From positions 32,001 to 96,000 of the forward strand of contig CAWHFW010000002.1 of the NCBI GenBank assembly GCA_963828735.1: a stretch of DNA of 64,000 bases. Reading direction: 5' to 3'. A model generated the notes under the pieces. The model worked only from the letters and a program-made list of their open reading frames with translations. It searched no databases and had not been told where the DNA came from. Every line of letters begins with the position of its first letter. Within the stretch, counting starts at the first letter, position 1. The position numbers and the translations under genes are program-made. Positions 48,041 to 58,014 of this stretch are shown here, piece by piece. The stretch comes from an uncultured Gemmatimonadales bacterium (lineage in GTDB: Bacteria; Gemmatimonadota; Gemmatimonadetes; Gemmatimonadales; GWC2-71-9).

Positions 48041-49348
48041 CTACTTCTCGCCGCCGTCTTCGTCGGTGAGCTCCGCCAGGAAGCCGAGCAACTGCTCGGA
48101 GGTCTCGGCGGTCATGCCCGGAATCTTGGCGATGTCCTCGCGCTCGAGGTCGAGGATGTCGTTGAGCATTTTGTAGCCGGCGCTCTCGAGAATCGCCGTG
48201 AGCTCCGGTGACAGGCCCTTGAGCTCGCTGAGCGGGACCTGCGCGACGGTCTCCTCCTCGGGCGGGAGCGGGGCGAACAGCGGGCCCTCGCCGCCGCGCT
48301 CGAGCCACTCGCGGCTCGAGTAGAGGTCGATCTTCCAGCCGGTGAGTTCCGAGGCGAGCCGGACGTTCTGCCCGTTCCGCCCGATCGCGAGCGACAACTG
48401 ATCCTCGTCGACGACGGCCTGGATCGTCTTGGCCTCGGGGTCGCTGAAGACCTTCGCGACCCGCGCGGGCGCCAGCGCGAGACGGGCGAAGCGCTCCGGG
48501 TCCGGGGACCATGGCACGATGTCGATCCGCTCGCCGCCGAGCTCGTTCACGACGGCCTGGACGCGCGAGCCCTTGAGTCCGACGCACGCGCCCACCGGGT
48601 CGATCGCGTCGTCGCGCGAGATGACGGCCACCTTGGTTCGGCTTCCGACCTCGCGGGCGATCGCGCGGATCTCGACGATCTGCTGCTGGATCTCGGGCAC
48701 CTCGAGCTTGAACAGCGCCTTGACGAAGAGCGGATCGCCGCGCGAGAGAATCAGCCGCGGGCCCTTGGGCGTCTCTTCCAGCCGCTTGAGCACGGCGCGG
48801 ATGGTGTCGCCCTGATGGAAGTGCTCCCGGTGGTTCTGCTCGCGGTAGGGGATGATCGCCTCGGCCTCGCGGAACTTGTTCAGCATGATGACAAGCTTGC
48901 CGCGCTCGATCTGCTGGACCTCGCCGCTCAGGAGCTCCCCCACCTTGGAGGCGAATTCCTCGCGGATCCGGGTGCGCTCACCCTCGCGGACGCGCTGGAT
49001 GATGCGCTGCTTGGCGGCCTGCACGGCGAGTCGGCCGAACTCGACGAACGGCACCTCCTCCTCGAGCATGTCGCCGACCTGGAAGTCGGGATCCTCGTAG
49101 CGGGCCTCCTCGACGGAGATCTGCCAGCTCGGATCCTCCACCACCTCGATCACCTGCCGAAGGCGCACGACCTTGATGGTCCCCTGCAGCTCGTCCACGC
49201 TGAGCTCGAACTTGACGTTCGGGCCGAACTTCCGGACCAGGGCGGCCTGGATGCCGTCGCGCAGCAGATCGAGGAGGTCGGAGCGCTCCAGCTGCTTCGC
49301 GGTGGTCAGCTCGCGGAATGCGGCCAACATTTCGGTCGATCCTGCCAT
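48041..49348 (-). CDS. nusA: Transcription termination factor NusA
   Basis: FGRLAVQAAKQ, EVPEI, DPVGACVG, LSLAIGRNGQNVRLA. Confidence 0.97.
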   Translation of the reverse strand: MAGSTEMLAAFRELTTAKQLERSDLLDLLRDGIQAALVRKFGPNVKFELSVDELQGTIKVVRLRQVIEVVEDPSWQISVEEARYEDPDFQVGDMLEEEVPFVEFGRLAVQAAKQRIIQRVREGERTRIREEFASKVGELLSGEVQQIERGKLVIMLNKFREAEAIIPYREQNHREHFHQGDTIRAVLKRLEETPKGPRLILSRGDPLFVKALFKLEVPEIQQQIVEIRAIAREVGSRTKVAVISRDDAIDPVGACVGLKGSRVQAVVNELGGERIDIVPWSPDPERFARLALAPARVAKVFSDPEAKTIQAVVDEDQLSLAIGRNGQNVRLASELTGWKIDLYSSREWLERGGEGPLFAPLPPEEETVAQVPLSELKGLSPELTAILESAGYKMLNDILDLEREDIAKIPGMTAETSEQLLGFLAELTDEDGGEK

Positions 49349-49412
49349 GCGTATCACTCCTGTCGCGCGAGAGGTCTCGCTTCAACGTCGTCGTCCGTCG
49401 CGGATCCGCGGC

Positions 49413-49922
49413 TTATCTCCGCGGCCCGTGACGCGGACCGGCCCTCGATCCTTTCAACTCCGGCAGCTCCCCCACCAGCGTCGCCTCGCGGATGTCGCCG
49501 AGCGCGAGCGTCAGCTCGGTCCCGCCCTCCTGGCGCAGCGTCACGTGCTCGTCATCCGGCACGGCCATGATCTCGACCTCACGCCGCCCGCCGAGCGCCG
49601 GCGCCCGCACCCGCGCGCGCCGACCGACGAAGCGCCGCCAGTGCTCCGGCCAGCGCAACGGCCGCTCGATGCCCGGAGAAGAAACCTCCAGCACGTACCG
49701 CGGCCCGACCATCGCGCTCGATTCCAGGAATCGCTCGAGGGACCGGCTGATCCCGGCGCAGTCGTCGGCCGTAATGCCATGGCCGGGTCGGCTGTCCGGG
49801 CGGTCCACCCGTACCTGCAGGATGGGGCGCTGGGCGGTCCCGACGTGGCGCAGATCGACGAGCTCGAAGCCGAGACCGGCGATGTGGGCGCGAATGGGAG
49901 CGAGCAGCGCGTCGACAGACAT
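49413..49922 (-). CDS. rimP: Ribosome maturation factor RimP
   Basis: ITADDCAGISR, YVLEVSSPGIERPL. Confidence 0.93.
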   Translation of the reverse strand: MSVDALLAPIRAHIAGLGFELVDLRHVGTAQRPILQVRVDRPDSRPGHGITADDCAGISRSLERFLESSAMVGPRYVLEVSSPGIERPLRWPEHWRRFVGRRARVRAPALGGRREVEIMAVPDDEHVTLRQEGGTELTLALGDIREATLVGELPELKGSRAGPRHGPRR

Positions 49923-49935
49923 CGGGGGTTGCAGG

Positions 49936-49964
49936 AAAAAAAATGTGGGGGAACTCCCCCACAT
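49936..49964 (-). terminator. Intrinsic terminator/attenuator in the rimP leader
   Basis: ATGTGGGGGA-GT-TCCCCCACAT stem followed by a T8 run, 13 nt before the rimP ATG. Confidence 0.8.
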
Positions 49965-50030
49965 CGGCAGTTGGCCCGACCAGGCGCCCCCGGGACAGCA
50001 CTCAAAAGCTATCGCGCCCCGAGGGCGGAG

Positions 50031-50801
50031 TCAATCCGCGCGTGGCACACCGACATAGGCCACCATGCGCCCGTCCGCCCCTCGGGAACCCCGGTGACTA
50101 TAGAAGGAGGAGCGGTCGTGGGCGCTGCACCAGCCGGAAACCGTCACGTCGGCGATGCCAAGCCGTGACGCCTCCGCCGCCAGGTGCCCCCGCAAGTCCA
50201 GGTGCCAGGGTCCCTTCCCGTCGGCCGGAAGCCCACAGCCGGTCATGACCTCAGAACCCACTTCATAGCACGGTCCACAAATACCTACCCCGGCGTGCAT
50301 TATAACGTCGGCCGGGGTAGTTCCTGTTCCCCTGGTGAGGCGCTCCAGGCCGGCGCGAAGGATGCCGTCGGCGGTCCCCCGCCAGCCCGCGTGCAGCAGG
50401 GCCACCCCCCGTCCGGGAGCCAGGAGATAGATCGGAATGCAATCGGCGACGGTTACCGTGAGGAGCACGCCCGGGGAGCAGGTCACCCAGCCGTCCACGC
50501 CATCGATCTGCACCCACCCCACGCCGGTGTCCACGGTCTCGACCACGGTCCCGTGCACCTGGCCGCCGAGGACGACCGCGTCGAAGCCGGACATCGCGTG
50601 GCGGAAGGCGCGCCATCGGCTCATGACTTCGCCGACTGGCGCCTCGCTCCAGAGGCCGAGGTCGAACCCTCGTCCCGGCCCGGTGCCGCGCGCGGTGATC
50701 CCTGCGACGACGCCACGACTGCGCCAGGTGGAGAGCTCGTAGAGAGGAAGCGATCCCGGGCGAGGCTCTTCGCGGAGGACGGACGGTTGCGCCGGGGTCA
50801 T
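50031..50801 (-). CDS. YfiH/PgeF (laccase-domain) family protein
   Basis: QVHG, VADCIPI, HAGWRG, CYEVG, FYSHRG. Alternative start at 50843. Confidence 0.9.
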   Translation of the reverse strand: MTPAQPSVLREEPRPGSLPLYELSTWRSRGVVAGITARGTGPGRGFDLGLWSEAPVGEVMSRWRAFRHAMSGFDAVVLGGQVHGTVVETVDTGVGWVQIDGVDGWVTCSPGVLLTVTVADCIPIYLLAPGRGVALLHAGWRGTADGILRAGLERLTRGTGTTPADVIMHAGVGICGPCYEVGSEVMTGCGLPADGKGPWHLDLRGHLAAEASRLGIADVTVSGWCSAHDRSSFYSHRGSRGADGRMVAYVGVPRAD

Positions 50802-50885
50802 CCCGCGCGGAGGGAGCGAGGATCCCGGGGGCCGTCGAGCCATGGCCGTACGACTCCCCAGGCCGCGTTCCGGCTGGGTGGCCGG

Positions 50886-52172
50886 TCAATCATCCTTGCG
50901 CTCGATCTCCGCCCCGAGCGCGCGCAGCCGCTCGTCGATGCGCTCGTACCCGCGCTCGATCTGTCCGACGTTGTGGATGGTGCTCGAGCCTTCCGCGGCA
51001 AGGGCCGCGAGCAGCATGGCCATGCCCGCGCGGATGTCCGGCGACTCGACCGTGCCGCCCTTGAGCGGCGACGGCCCCGAAATCACGGCGCGGTGCGGAT
51101 CGCATAGCACGATGCGCGCGCCCATGCCGATCAGCTTGTCCACGAAGAAGAGCCGCGACTCGAACATCTTCTCGAACACGAGCAGCATGCCGGAGCACTG
51201 CGTCGCGGTCACGATGGTGGTGGACATGACGTCGGCCGGGAAGGCGGGCCAGGGGCCGTCCTCGAGCTTCGGCACGTGGCCGCCGAGGTCGGGCCGGATC
51301 CGCCGCTCCTGATCGGCGTCAACCGTGAGGCGCTGGCCGTCCACGCGCGGGCGAATGCCGAGCCGCTCGAATCCCAGCAACGTGCTCCGGAGATCGTCCG
51401 GGCGCACAGGGTCGATCGTGATGGCGCCGTTGGTGACCGCGGCGAGGCCGATGAAGCTGCCGATCTCGATGTGATCGGGGCCGATGGCGTAGCTTGCGCC
51501 GTGGAGCGGCCGTCCGCCGTCGATCGCGTAGACGTTGGTCCCGATCCCTTCGATCCCGGCACCCATCGCCACCAGCACGCGGGCGAGGTCTTGGACGTGC
51601 GGCTCGCAGGCCGCATTCCGCAGGACCGTCCGCCCCTTGGCGGCCACGGCCGCCATGAGCGCGTTCTCGGTGCCGGTGACGCTCGGCTCGTCAAGGAAGA
51701 TGTCGGCGCCCGTCAGGCCCTTCTTGGCCTCGAGCTCGTACCGGTCGCCGACGTTGACCGCGGCGCCAAGGTGCTCGAGGGCCAGAAAGTGGGTATCGAC
51801 GCGACGCCGGCCGATGACGTCGCCACCCGGCGGCGGCAGGGTGACCGACCCGAAACGAGCGAGCAGCGGACCGGCGAGGAGGATCGAGGCGCGGATCCGC
51901 GCGCACAGCTTGGGGTCGAGCGGCTTGGGCCGCACCTGGCGGGTGTCCACGCGCACGAGATTGGGGCCGACCCACTCCACCGACGCGCCGAGATCGACCA
52001 ATAACTCGAGCATGGTCTCGACATCCCGGATACGCGGGATGTTGTCGAGCTCCATCGGGCCATCGGCGAGGACGGTGCTGGCGAGAATCGGCAGGGCGGC
52101 GTTCTTGTTGCCGGCGGGGCGGATGGACCCGCGCAACGGACGTCCACCGTGTACGAGAAAACGTGGAGGCAT
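50886..52172 (-). CDS. murA: UDP-N-acetylglucosamine 1-carboxyvinyltransferase
   Basis: GNKNAALPI, RASILLAGPLL, PGGDVIGRR, SVTGTEN, PDIRAG, IERGYE. Confidence 0.96.
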   Translation of the reverse strand: MPPRFLVHGGRPLRGSIRPAGNKNAALPILASTVLADGPMELDNIPRIRDVETMLELLVDLGASVEWVGPNLVRVDTRQVRPKPLDPKLCARIRASILLAGPLLARFGSVTLPPPGGDVIGRRRVDTHFLALEHLGAAVNVGDRYELEAKKGLTGADIFLDEPSVTGTENALMAAVAAKGRTVLRNAACEPHVQDLARVLVAMGAGIEGIGTNVYAIDGGRPLHGASYAIGPDHIEIGSFIGLAAVTNGAITIDPVRPDDLRSTLLGFERLGIRPRVDGQRLTVDADQERRIRPDLGGHVPKLEDGPWPAFPADVMSTTIVTATQCSGMLLVFEKMFESRLFFVDKLIGMGARIVLCDPHRAVISGPSPLKGGTVESPDIRAGMAMLLAALAAEGSSTIHNVGQIERGYERIDERLRALGAEIERKDD

Positions 52173-52326
52173 GGCCAAAGCTGACGGAGTCGGGGAATCG
52201 CGTCAAGCGGATCGAGGGGGTTGCGATGCATCCCCGACCCCGTTGTTTTACCGGGAGGCGTGCCGACGCCGGCTACCGTCCGGCGGCCCCGCCGGCCCTT
52301 TCGGGGAGGACATCGTGGCAGCCCAT

Positions 52327-52803
52327 ATGCTCGCTCTGCTCCAGATCGCGGCTCCGCCGGCATGGGTGGGCCCGACCATGGCCATCTCGCTGGCGATCAT
52401 CGCCCTCTGCTTCCTCGGCATCGCGGTGACCGCCGCGATCGCCGCGCTTCGACTATCGGCCCAGGTGAAGCGGCTCACCGGCGTCGTGGACGGGTTGCAG
52501 GACGATGCCGCCCAGGCGCTCAAGGCCGTGCGACGGCTGACCGAGCAGGGCCAGGACCTCATGGTCGTGGTCCGCAACGAGGCGGGTGCCTTCGCGCAGA
52601 CGAGCCGCCGGGTCCGGCGCAAGGTGACGAAGGGGGTGGACCGCGTGGAGGAGAAACTGGCCGACCTCGAGACGCTGTACGACCTGGTGCACGCCGAGGT
52701 AGAGGACGCCGCGCTGGACGTGGCCGCGACGCTTCGTTCGGTGCGTCGCGGCAACGGCATGCTCGGTCGGGTCCGTCGTCTGATCGTGGCCGGCCGGTCA
52801 TGA
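52327..52803 (+). CDS. Hypothetical protein with a TM anchor and coiled coil (DUF948-like)
   Basis: One TM segment then heptad-rich helix; SD GGAGG; ATGA overlap with the next gene. Confidence 0.65.
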   Translation: MLALLQIAAPPAWVGPTMAISLAIIALCFLGIAVTAAIAALRLSAQVKRLTGVVDGLQDDAAQALKAVRRLTEQGQDLMVVVRNEAGAFAQTSRRVRRKVTKGVDRVEEKLADLETLYDLVHAEVEDAALDVAATLRSVRRGNGMLGRVRRLIVAGRS

Positions 52804-53768
52804 AGCTGGCGCGCCTCGCGCTCGCCTTCGCGGGCGTGGGGCTCGTGCTGTTGGCGCTTCCGGCCTCCGCGCATGCCTGGACGCCGGGCACCCACATCTA
52901 TCTCGGCGAGTCGATCCTCGCCAATCTCGGACAGCTGCCCGCCGCCGTCGCCGATCTGCTTCGCGCCTACCCGTTCGATTTTCTCTACGGCAACATCGCG
53001 GCCGACTCCTCCATCGCGAAGCATTACGCGCCCCTGGGCCGCCACTGCCACTACTGGCACGTCGGCCAGGAGATCCACGACCTCGGCGCGACCGACGGGC
53101 TCCGGGCCTTCGGGCTGGGGTATCTGTGCCATCTCGCGGCCGACACCGTCGCACACAATTACTTCGTGCCCCGGCAGCTCATGATCACGAGCAGCACCGC
53201 GGCCGTGGGCCACTCCTATTGGGAGGCGCGGGTCGAGACGCATCTCGGGGACGCCTATGCGCGCTCGGCGAAGGACGTCATCCGGCTGAGCCACCACGAC
53301 GCGGACGCCCACCTCGACCGGATCATCGCGCCGACCATCTTCAGCGTTCGCACCAACCGGCGCCTGTTCCGCGGCATGGTCCATCTCACCGAGAGCTCCG
53401 GCTGGCAGCGGGCCACGCAGGTCGCGCGGGAGTACAGCCGCTGGCCGCTCGCCGACGAGGACGTCGAGCAGCATCTGGGGCTCTCCTACGACTACATGAT
53501 CGATTTCCTCGGTGGCCCCATGTCGCCGGCGCTGCAGCTCGACCCCTCGGGCGAGCGACCGCTCAAGATTGCGAAGGAGCTGCGACGCCGGGTGCTGCGT
53601 GACACCGGCCGGCGGAATCTGACGAAGCTCGCGGTGGCGGCCCAGGAGCACTTCGGGCTACCCGACAACCCGCTGGTGCACTGGAAGCGAATCGGCAACC
53701 GCCTGCCCTGGCGCGCGCCCGAGAGCGCTGCGCCCTCCCCCAGGGCGCTCGTGAGCGGCGACCGCTGA
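52800..53768 (+). CDS. Zinc-dependent phospholipase C family protein
   Basis: Signal peptide then W-TPGTH; GYLCHLAADTVAHN; GHSYWE. Confidence 0.82.
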   Translation: MKLARLALAFAGVGLVLLALPASAHAWTPGTHIYLGESILANLGQLPAAVADLLRAYPFDFLYGNIAADSSIAKHYAPLGRHCHYWHVGQEIHDLGATDGLRAFGLGYLCHLAADTVAHNYFVPRQLMITSSTAAVGHSYWEARVETHLGDAYARSAKDVIRLSHHDADAHLDRIIAPTIFSVRTNRRLFRGMVHLTESSGWQRATQVAREYSRWPLADEDVEQHLGLSYDYMIDFLGGPMSPALQLDPSGERPLKIAKELRRRVLRDTGRRNLTKLAVAAQEHFGLPDNPLVHWKRIGNRLPWRAPESAAPSPRALVSGDR

Positions 53769-54214
53769 ACGCCGACGACGTCGCCCGCCGCCTCGCCCTC
53801 CGGCCCCATCCCGAAGGCGGCTTCTACGGCGAGACGTTCCGCAGCCCGCTGGTCCTCACCCTTCCCGACGGCCGCGTGCGTCGGGCCTCCACCGCGATTC
53901 ACTATCTGCTGCCGGCCGGAACGTGGAGCGCTTGGCATCGCGTTCCGTCGGACGAGGTCTGGCACCACTACGACGGCGGTGCGCTCCTGCTGCATCGCCT
54001 GGGCATGGCGACTGTACGCCTCGATCGCGAGACGCCACAGGCCGTCGTGCCGGCCGGGGTATGGCAGGCGGCGGAGCCGGTCGACGATGCGGTGCTGTGC
54101 GGATGCACCGTCGCCCCGGGGTTCGAGTTCGAGGACTTCGAGCTGGGATCGGCGGAGGCGCTCGCGGCCGAGTTTCCGGTCGAGGCCGCGTTGATCCGGC
54201 GGCTCGCGCGGTGA
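53765..54214 (+). CDS. Cupin_5 (DUF985) protein, probable CTG start
   Basis: LRPHPEGGFYGET lies upstream of the ORF-track start; STAIHYLL, WHRVPSDEVWHHY, CTVAPGFEFEDF. Confidence 0.87.
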   Translation: MNADDVARRLALRPHPEGGFYGETFRSPLVLTLPDGRVRRASTAIHYLLPAGTWSAWHRVPSDEVWHHYDGGALLLHRLGMATVRLDRETPQAVVPAGVWQAAEPVDDAVLCGCTVAPGFEFEDFELGSAEALAAEFPVEAALIRRLAR

Positions 54215-55134
54215 GCGTCGCCCGCGTGAGGCCCGGTCTGTGGCCGGCGTTCTTCCTCGCGGTCCACCCGGGCGCCCTCCCGGCGCAGGCTCCCGGACCC
54301 ACCATCGAGGTGTCCACGGCTCCCTCGCCACCCTCGCGCGGACGCGTGGTGCTGCTGTATGCACGGCCAACAGGCGGTCCGGACAGCTCGATCACCCTGG
54401 ACGGAACCGCCGCGGGCGAGCCGCTCCACTTCGAGCGGCTCGACGACGGCCGCTTCCGGACGCTGCTCGGCATTCCGCTCGAAGGCGGTGACAGCCTTCC
54501 CATCACCCTTCGACGCTCGACCGGCGCCGCAACCGACACCGTGATCATCGCGCTCGCCGTCACGCAGCCGACGTACGCCCACGAGCGGCTCACGGTCGCG
54601 CCGAGCTACGCCCATCCGGACAGTGCGGCGCAGGCGCGAGTCGAGACCGAGCTGGCGCAGAGCCGCGTCATCTCACGCCGCGCTCACGATACGCCTCGAC
54701 TCTGGTCCGGCCGGTTTCACCGGCCCAGGCCAAGCCGTATCACGAGCGGGTACGGGACCGGGCGCGAGTTCAACGGGTCCGTCACGGGCCGTCACCTCGG
54801 CACCGATTTCGCCGGCGCCGTCGGTGCGCCCGTGCGGGCGCCCGGCCGCGCCGTCGTGGCACTGGTGGCGCGGTTCTATCTCGCGGGGAATGCGGTCTAC
54901 CTGGACCACGGTGGCGGGCTCGTCACCGGCTACTTCCATCTGAGCCGGGTGGACGTCGCCGCCGGTGATACGGTCGCGGTGGGTCAGCTCATCGGGGCGG
55001 TCGGGCAGAGCGGTCGGGCGACGGGCCCGCACCTCCACTGGATCGCGCGATACGGTGCGATCACGGTCGACCCGATGTCGCTCTTCGCTCTGCCGCCGCT
55101 GCCGCCGTTCGGGAAGCGCGAGACGTCGCCCTGA
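54211..55134 (+). CDS. M23 family metallopeptidase
   Basis: HLGTD (HxxxD), DHGGG, YFHLS, ATGPHLHW. Confidence 0.92.
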   Translation: MSVARVRPGLWPAFFLAVHPGALPAQAPGPTIEVSTAPSPPSRGRVVLLYARPTGGPDSSITLDGTAAGEPLHFERLDDGRFRTLLGIPLEGGDSLPITLRRSTGAATDTVIIALAVTQPTYAHERLTVAPSYAHPDSAAQARVETELAQSRVISRRAHDTPRLWSGRFHRPRPSRITSGYGTGREFNGSVTGRHLGTDFAGAVGAPVRAPGRAVVALVARFYLAGNAVYLDHGGGLVTGYFHLSRVDVAAGDTVAVGQLIGAVGQSGRATGPHLHWIARYGAITVDPMSLFALPPLPPFGKRETSP

Positions 55135-55141
55135 ACGCGCA

Positions 55142-55169
55142 GGGGGCATGCGTGACTTCGCATGCCCCC
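55142..55169. terminator. Hairpin between convergent genes, likely a terminator
   Basis: Perfect 11-bp stem GGGGGCATGCG/CGCATGCCCCC; no U-tract. Confidence 0.6.
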
Positions 55170-55207
55170 GTAGCCGACCTATCGGGACGGCGCCGAGACG
55201 GCGGTCC

Positions 55208-56629
55208 CTACCCCAGCTTCTCCTGCAGCACCGGCTGCACGCCCTTCGGATCCGCTTTTCCCTTACTGCGCTTCATCACTTGGCCGACGAAGAAGCCCAT
55301 CAGCTTGGTCTCGCCGCCCTTGAATCGCGCGACCTCCGCCGGATGCGCGGCCAGCACCTCGTCCACCCAGCCGGCGAGCGCGCCCTGGTCGCTCACCTGC
55401 ACCAGGCCGAGCTGGTCCGCGACGGCTCTGGGATCCTCGCCGGGCCGCTGGGCCAGCTCGGCGTACACGCGCTTCGCGACCTGGTGGCTCACGACACCCT
55501 CGCGGACGAGCGCCACCAGCGATGCCAGGCGCGCGGCCTCGACCGGAAATCCGCCGGACTCATTGAAGGTCGTCATGACGTCGCCCATGACCCAGTTGGC
55601 GGCGGTCTTCGCGTCGACTCCGGCCGAGACCACCGACTCGAAATACTCCGCGAGGGCGACCTCGCTGGTGAGAACGCGAGCGTCGTAGATCGGCAGCCCG
55701 TAGGCGATCTCGAGCCGCGCCCGGCGCGCGTCGGGCAGCTCCGGCAGCGCCTCGCGTTGCTCGGCGATCCATTCGGTCGCGAGCACCAGGGGCGGAAGAT
55801 CGGGGTCCGGGAAGTAGCGGTAGTCGTGGCTCTCCTCCTTCGACCGCAGCTCGCGGACCTGTCCCGTGCCGGCATTGAAGAGAAGGGTCACCTGGGCGAT
55901 CCGCTCGCCGCGCTCGGCCCGCGCGATCTGTCGCTCGCGCTCCGCCTCGAGCGCGCGCTCGACGTTGGCGAACGAGTTGAGGTTCTTGACCTCCGTCTTG
56001 GTCCCCAGCTTGGGCTCCCCCGGGCGGCGGATCGAGATGTTGGCGTCGACACGGAGGCTGCCCTGCTCCATGCTGCAGTCGCTCACGCCCGCGTAGATCA
56101 GGATCTGCCGGAGGGTGACGAGGTAGGCGCGCGCCTCGGCGGGACTGCGGAGATCGGGCTCGCTCACGATCTCCGCGAGCGGCGTGCCGGCACGGTTCAG
56201 GTCCACGGCGGTCTTTCCGGGGAACCGGTCGTGGATCAGCTTGCCGGCGTCCTCTTCGACGTGGAGACGGGTGATGCCGACGTCGATGCGGCCCCGCTCG
56301 GGCGATTCGAACGTCACCCGGCCGGCCGTCGCGAGCGGCCGGTCGAACTGGCTGATCTGATACCCCTTCGGCAAGTCCGGATAGAAGTAGTTCTTGCGCG
56401 CGAATACGCTGGTCGAGTGCACGCTGCAGCCCAGCGCGATGGCCCCCCGCGTGGCGAGCCGCAGGGCTTCGGCGTTGGGCACGGGCAACGCGCCCGGAAG
56501 TCCGAGGCAGGTTGGGCAGACATTGGTGTTCGGGGGGTCGCCGAACGTCGTGCGGCAGCCGCAGAACATCTTGGTGCGGGTCCGCAGCTGCACGTGCACT
56601 TCGAGCCCGATGACAATTTCCCAGGGCAT
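55208..56629 (-). CDS. gatB: Amidotransferase subunit B (copy 2, intact)
   Basis: [43 protein letters not shown]. Confidence 0.97.
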   Translation of the reverse strand: MPWEIVIGLEVHVQLRTRTKMFCGCRTTFGDPPNTNVCPTCLGLPGALPVPNAEALRLATRGAIALGCSVHSTSVFARKNYFYPDLPKGYQISQFDRPLATAGRVTFESPERGRIDVGITRLHVEEDAGKLIHDRFPGKTAVDLNRAGTPLAEIVSEPDLRSPAEARAYLVTLRQILIYAGVSDCSMEQGSLRVDANISIRRPGEPKLGTKTEVKNLNSFANVERALEAERERQIARAERGERIAQVTLLFNAGTGQVRELRSKEESHDYRYFPDPDLPPLVLATEWIAEQREALPELPDARRARLEIAYGLPIYDARVLTSEVALAEYFESVVSAGVDAKTAANWVMGDVMTTFNESGGFPVEAARLASLVALVREGVVSHQVAKRVYAELAQRPGEDPRAVADQLGLVQVSDQGALAGWVDEVLAAHPAEVARFKGGETKLMGFFVGQVMKRSKGKADPKGVQPVLQEKLG

Positions 56630-58014
56630 CAGCGCACCTCCGCGTCGGCCGCGATGACGTGCTCGATCGCCGTGGCCGCCGCGAGCATGCGCTCGTCCTC
56701 GAAATACGGCGCGATGAGCTGCGCGCCTACCGGGAGGCCTTCGCTCCGGCCGACCGGGATGCTGAGCGCGGGCAGGCCCGCGAGGCTGATGGCGCAGACG
56801 AAAATGTCGGCGAGGTACATCGATACCGGGTCTTCGGTCTTCTCGCCCGCGCGGAACGCCGGCGTCGGGGTGGTCGGCGTGAGCAACAGGTCGACGCCGC
56901 TCGCGAAGGCCCGCTGGAAATCGTCGGCGATGCGCGCGCGCATGCGCTGCGCCTTTCCATAATAGGCCTCGTAGTACCCCGCGCTCAGCACGTAGGTACC
57001 CACCAGGATCCGGCGCTGCACTTCGGGGCCGAATCCTTCCCCACGCGTGGCCTGATAAAGCGCGCGGATGTCGCCGCCGGGCCCGACTTTTCGCGGGCCG
57101 TACCGGACGCCGTCGTAGCGCGCGAGATTCGCGGCGGCTTCGGCCGGCGCCACGATGTAGTACGTCGGCACCGCGTAGGCCGAGTTGGGGAGCGAGACCT
57201 CCACCAGCTCAGCGCCGAGCTCGCGAATGGCGGTCTTGGTGCGCTCGAGCCCGGCGGCGACGCCCGGGTGAAGGTCCGCGGGGAAGTACTCGCGCGGGAG
57301 CCCGATCCGCATGCCCGCCAGATCCGTGAGCGGCGTGGGGGTGGTCATGGGTGGCCGATCCACCGTGGTGCTGTCGAGCGGATCGTGGCCGCTCATCGCC
57401 GCGAAGACCCGCGCGGCGTCGTCCACGGACCTCCCAAACACCGAGATGCAATCGAGCGAGGAGCCGAACGCCACGAGGCCGAAGCGGCTCACACGGCCGT
57501 AGCTCGGCTTCACGCCGACGACCCCGCAAAAGCTCGCGGGCTGGCGTACCGAGCCACCGGTCTCCGAGCCGAGCGCGGCGGGAACGACGCCGGCGGCCAC
57601 CAGCGCCGCCGAGCCCCCCGACGATCCCCCCGGTACGCGGGTCGGGTCGAGCGGATGCTTGACGCGGCCAAACGCCGAATGCTCCGTCGAGGAGCCCATG
57701 GCAAACTCGTCCATGTTGGCCTTGGCGGCGATCATCGCGCCGGCCGCGCGGAGCCGCCTGACCGCGGTGGCCTCGTAGGGCGAGACGTAGCCCTCGAGGA
57801 TGCGGGAACCGCACGTGGTCGGGGCGTCGGTCGTAACGATGTTGTCCTTGAGCGCGATCGGCATCGCGCGCAGGGCGCCGCCCGGCGCCGCGTCGATGCG
57901 ACGCGCCTCCGCATCGAGCAGCGGCTGCGACCAGTGGAGCGTCGCGTTCAGGCCATCCCGTTCGGCCGCGGCCAGGCGCGCGCCGGTCTCCTTGGCGACG
58001 GCCGCCGCGCTCAC
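56629..58014 (-). CDS. gatA: Amidotransferase subunit A (copy 2, intact)
   Basis: KDNI, MDEFAMGSS, PGGSSGGS, GSETGGSVRQPA. Confidence 0.96.
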   Translation of the reverse strand: MSAAAVAKETGARLAAAERDGLNATLHWSQPLLDAEARRIDAAPGGALRAMPIALKDNIVTTDAPTTCGSRILEGYVSPYEATAVRRLRAAGAMIAAKANMDEFAMGSSTEHSAFGRVKHPLDPTRVPGGSSGGSAALVAAGVVPAALGSETGGSVRQPASFCGVVGVKPSYGRVSRFGLVAFGSSLDCISVFGRSVDDAARVFAAMSGHDPLDSTTVDRPPMTTPTPLTDLAGMRIGLPREYFPADLHPGVAAGLERTKTAIRELGAELVEVSLPNSAYAVPTYYIVAPAEAAANLARYDGVRYGPRKVGPGGDIRALYQATRGEGFGPEVQRRILVGTYVLSAGYYEAYYGKAQRMRARIADDFQRAFASGVDLLLTPTTPTPAFRAGEKTEDPVSMYLADIFVCAISLAGLPALSIPVGRSEGLPVGAQLIAPYFEDERMLAAATAIEHVIAADAEVR

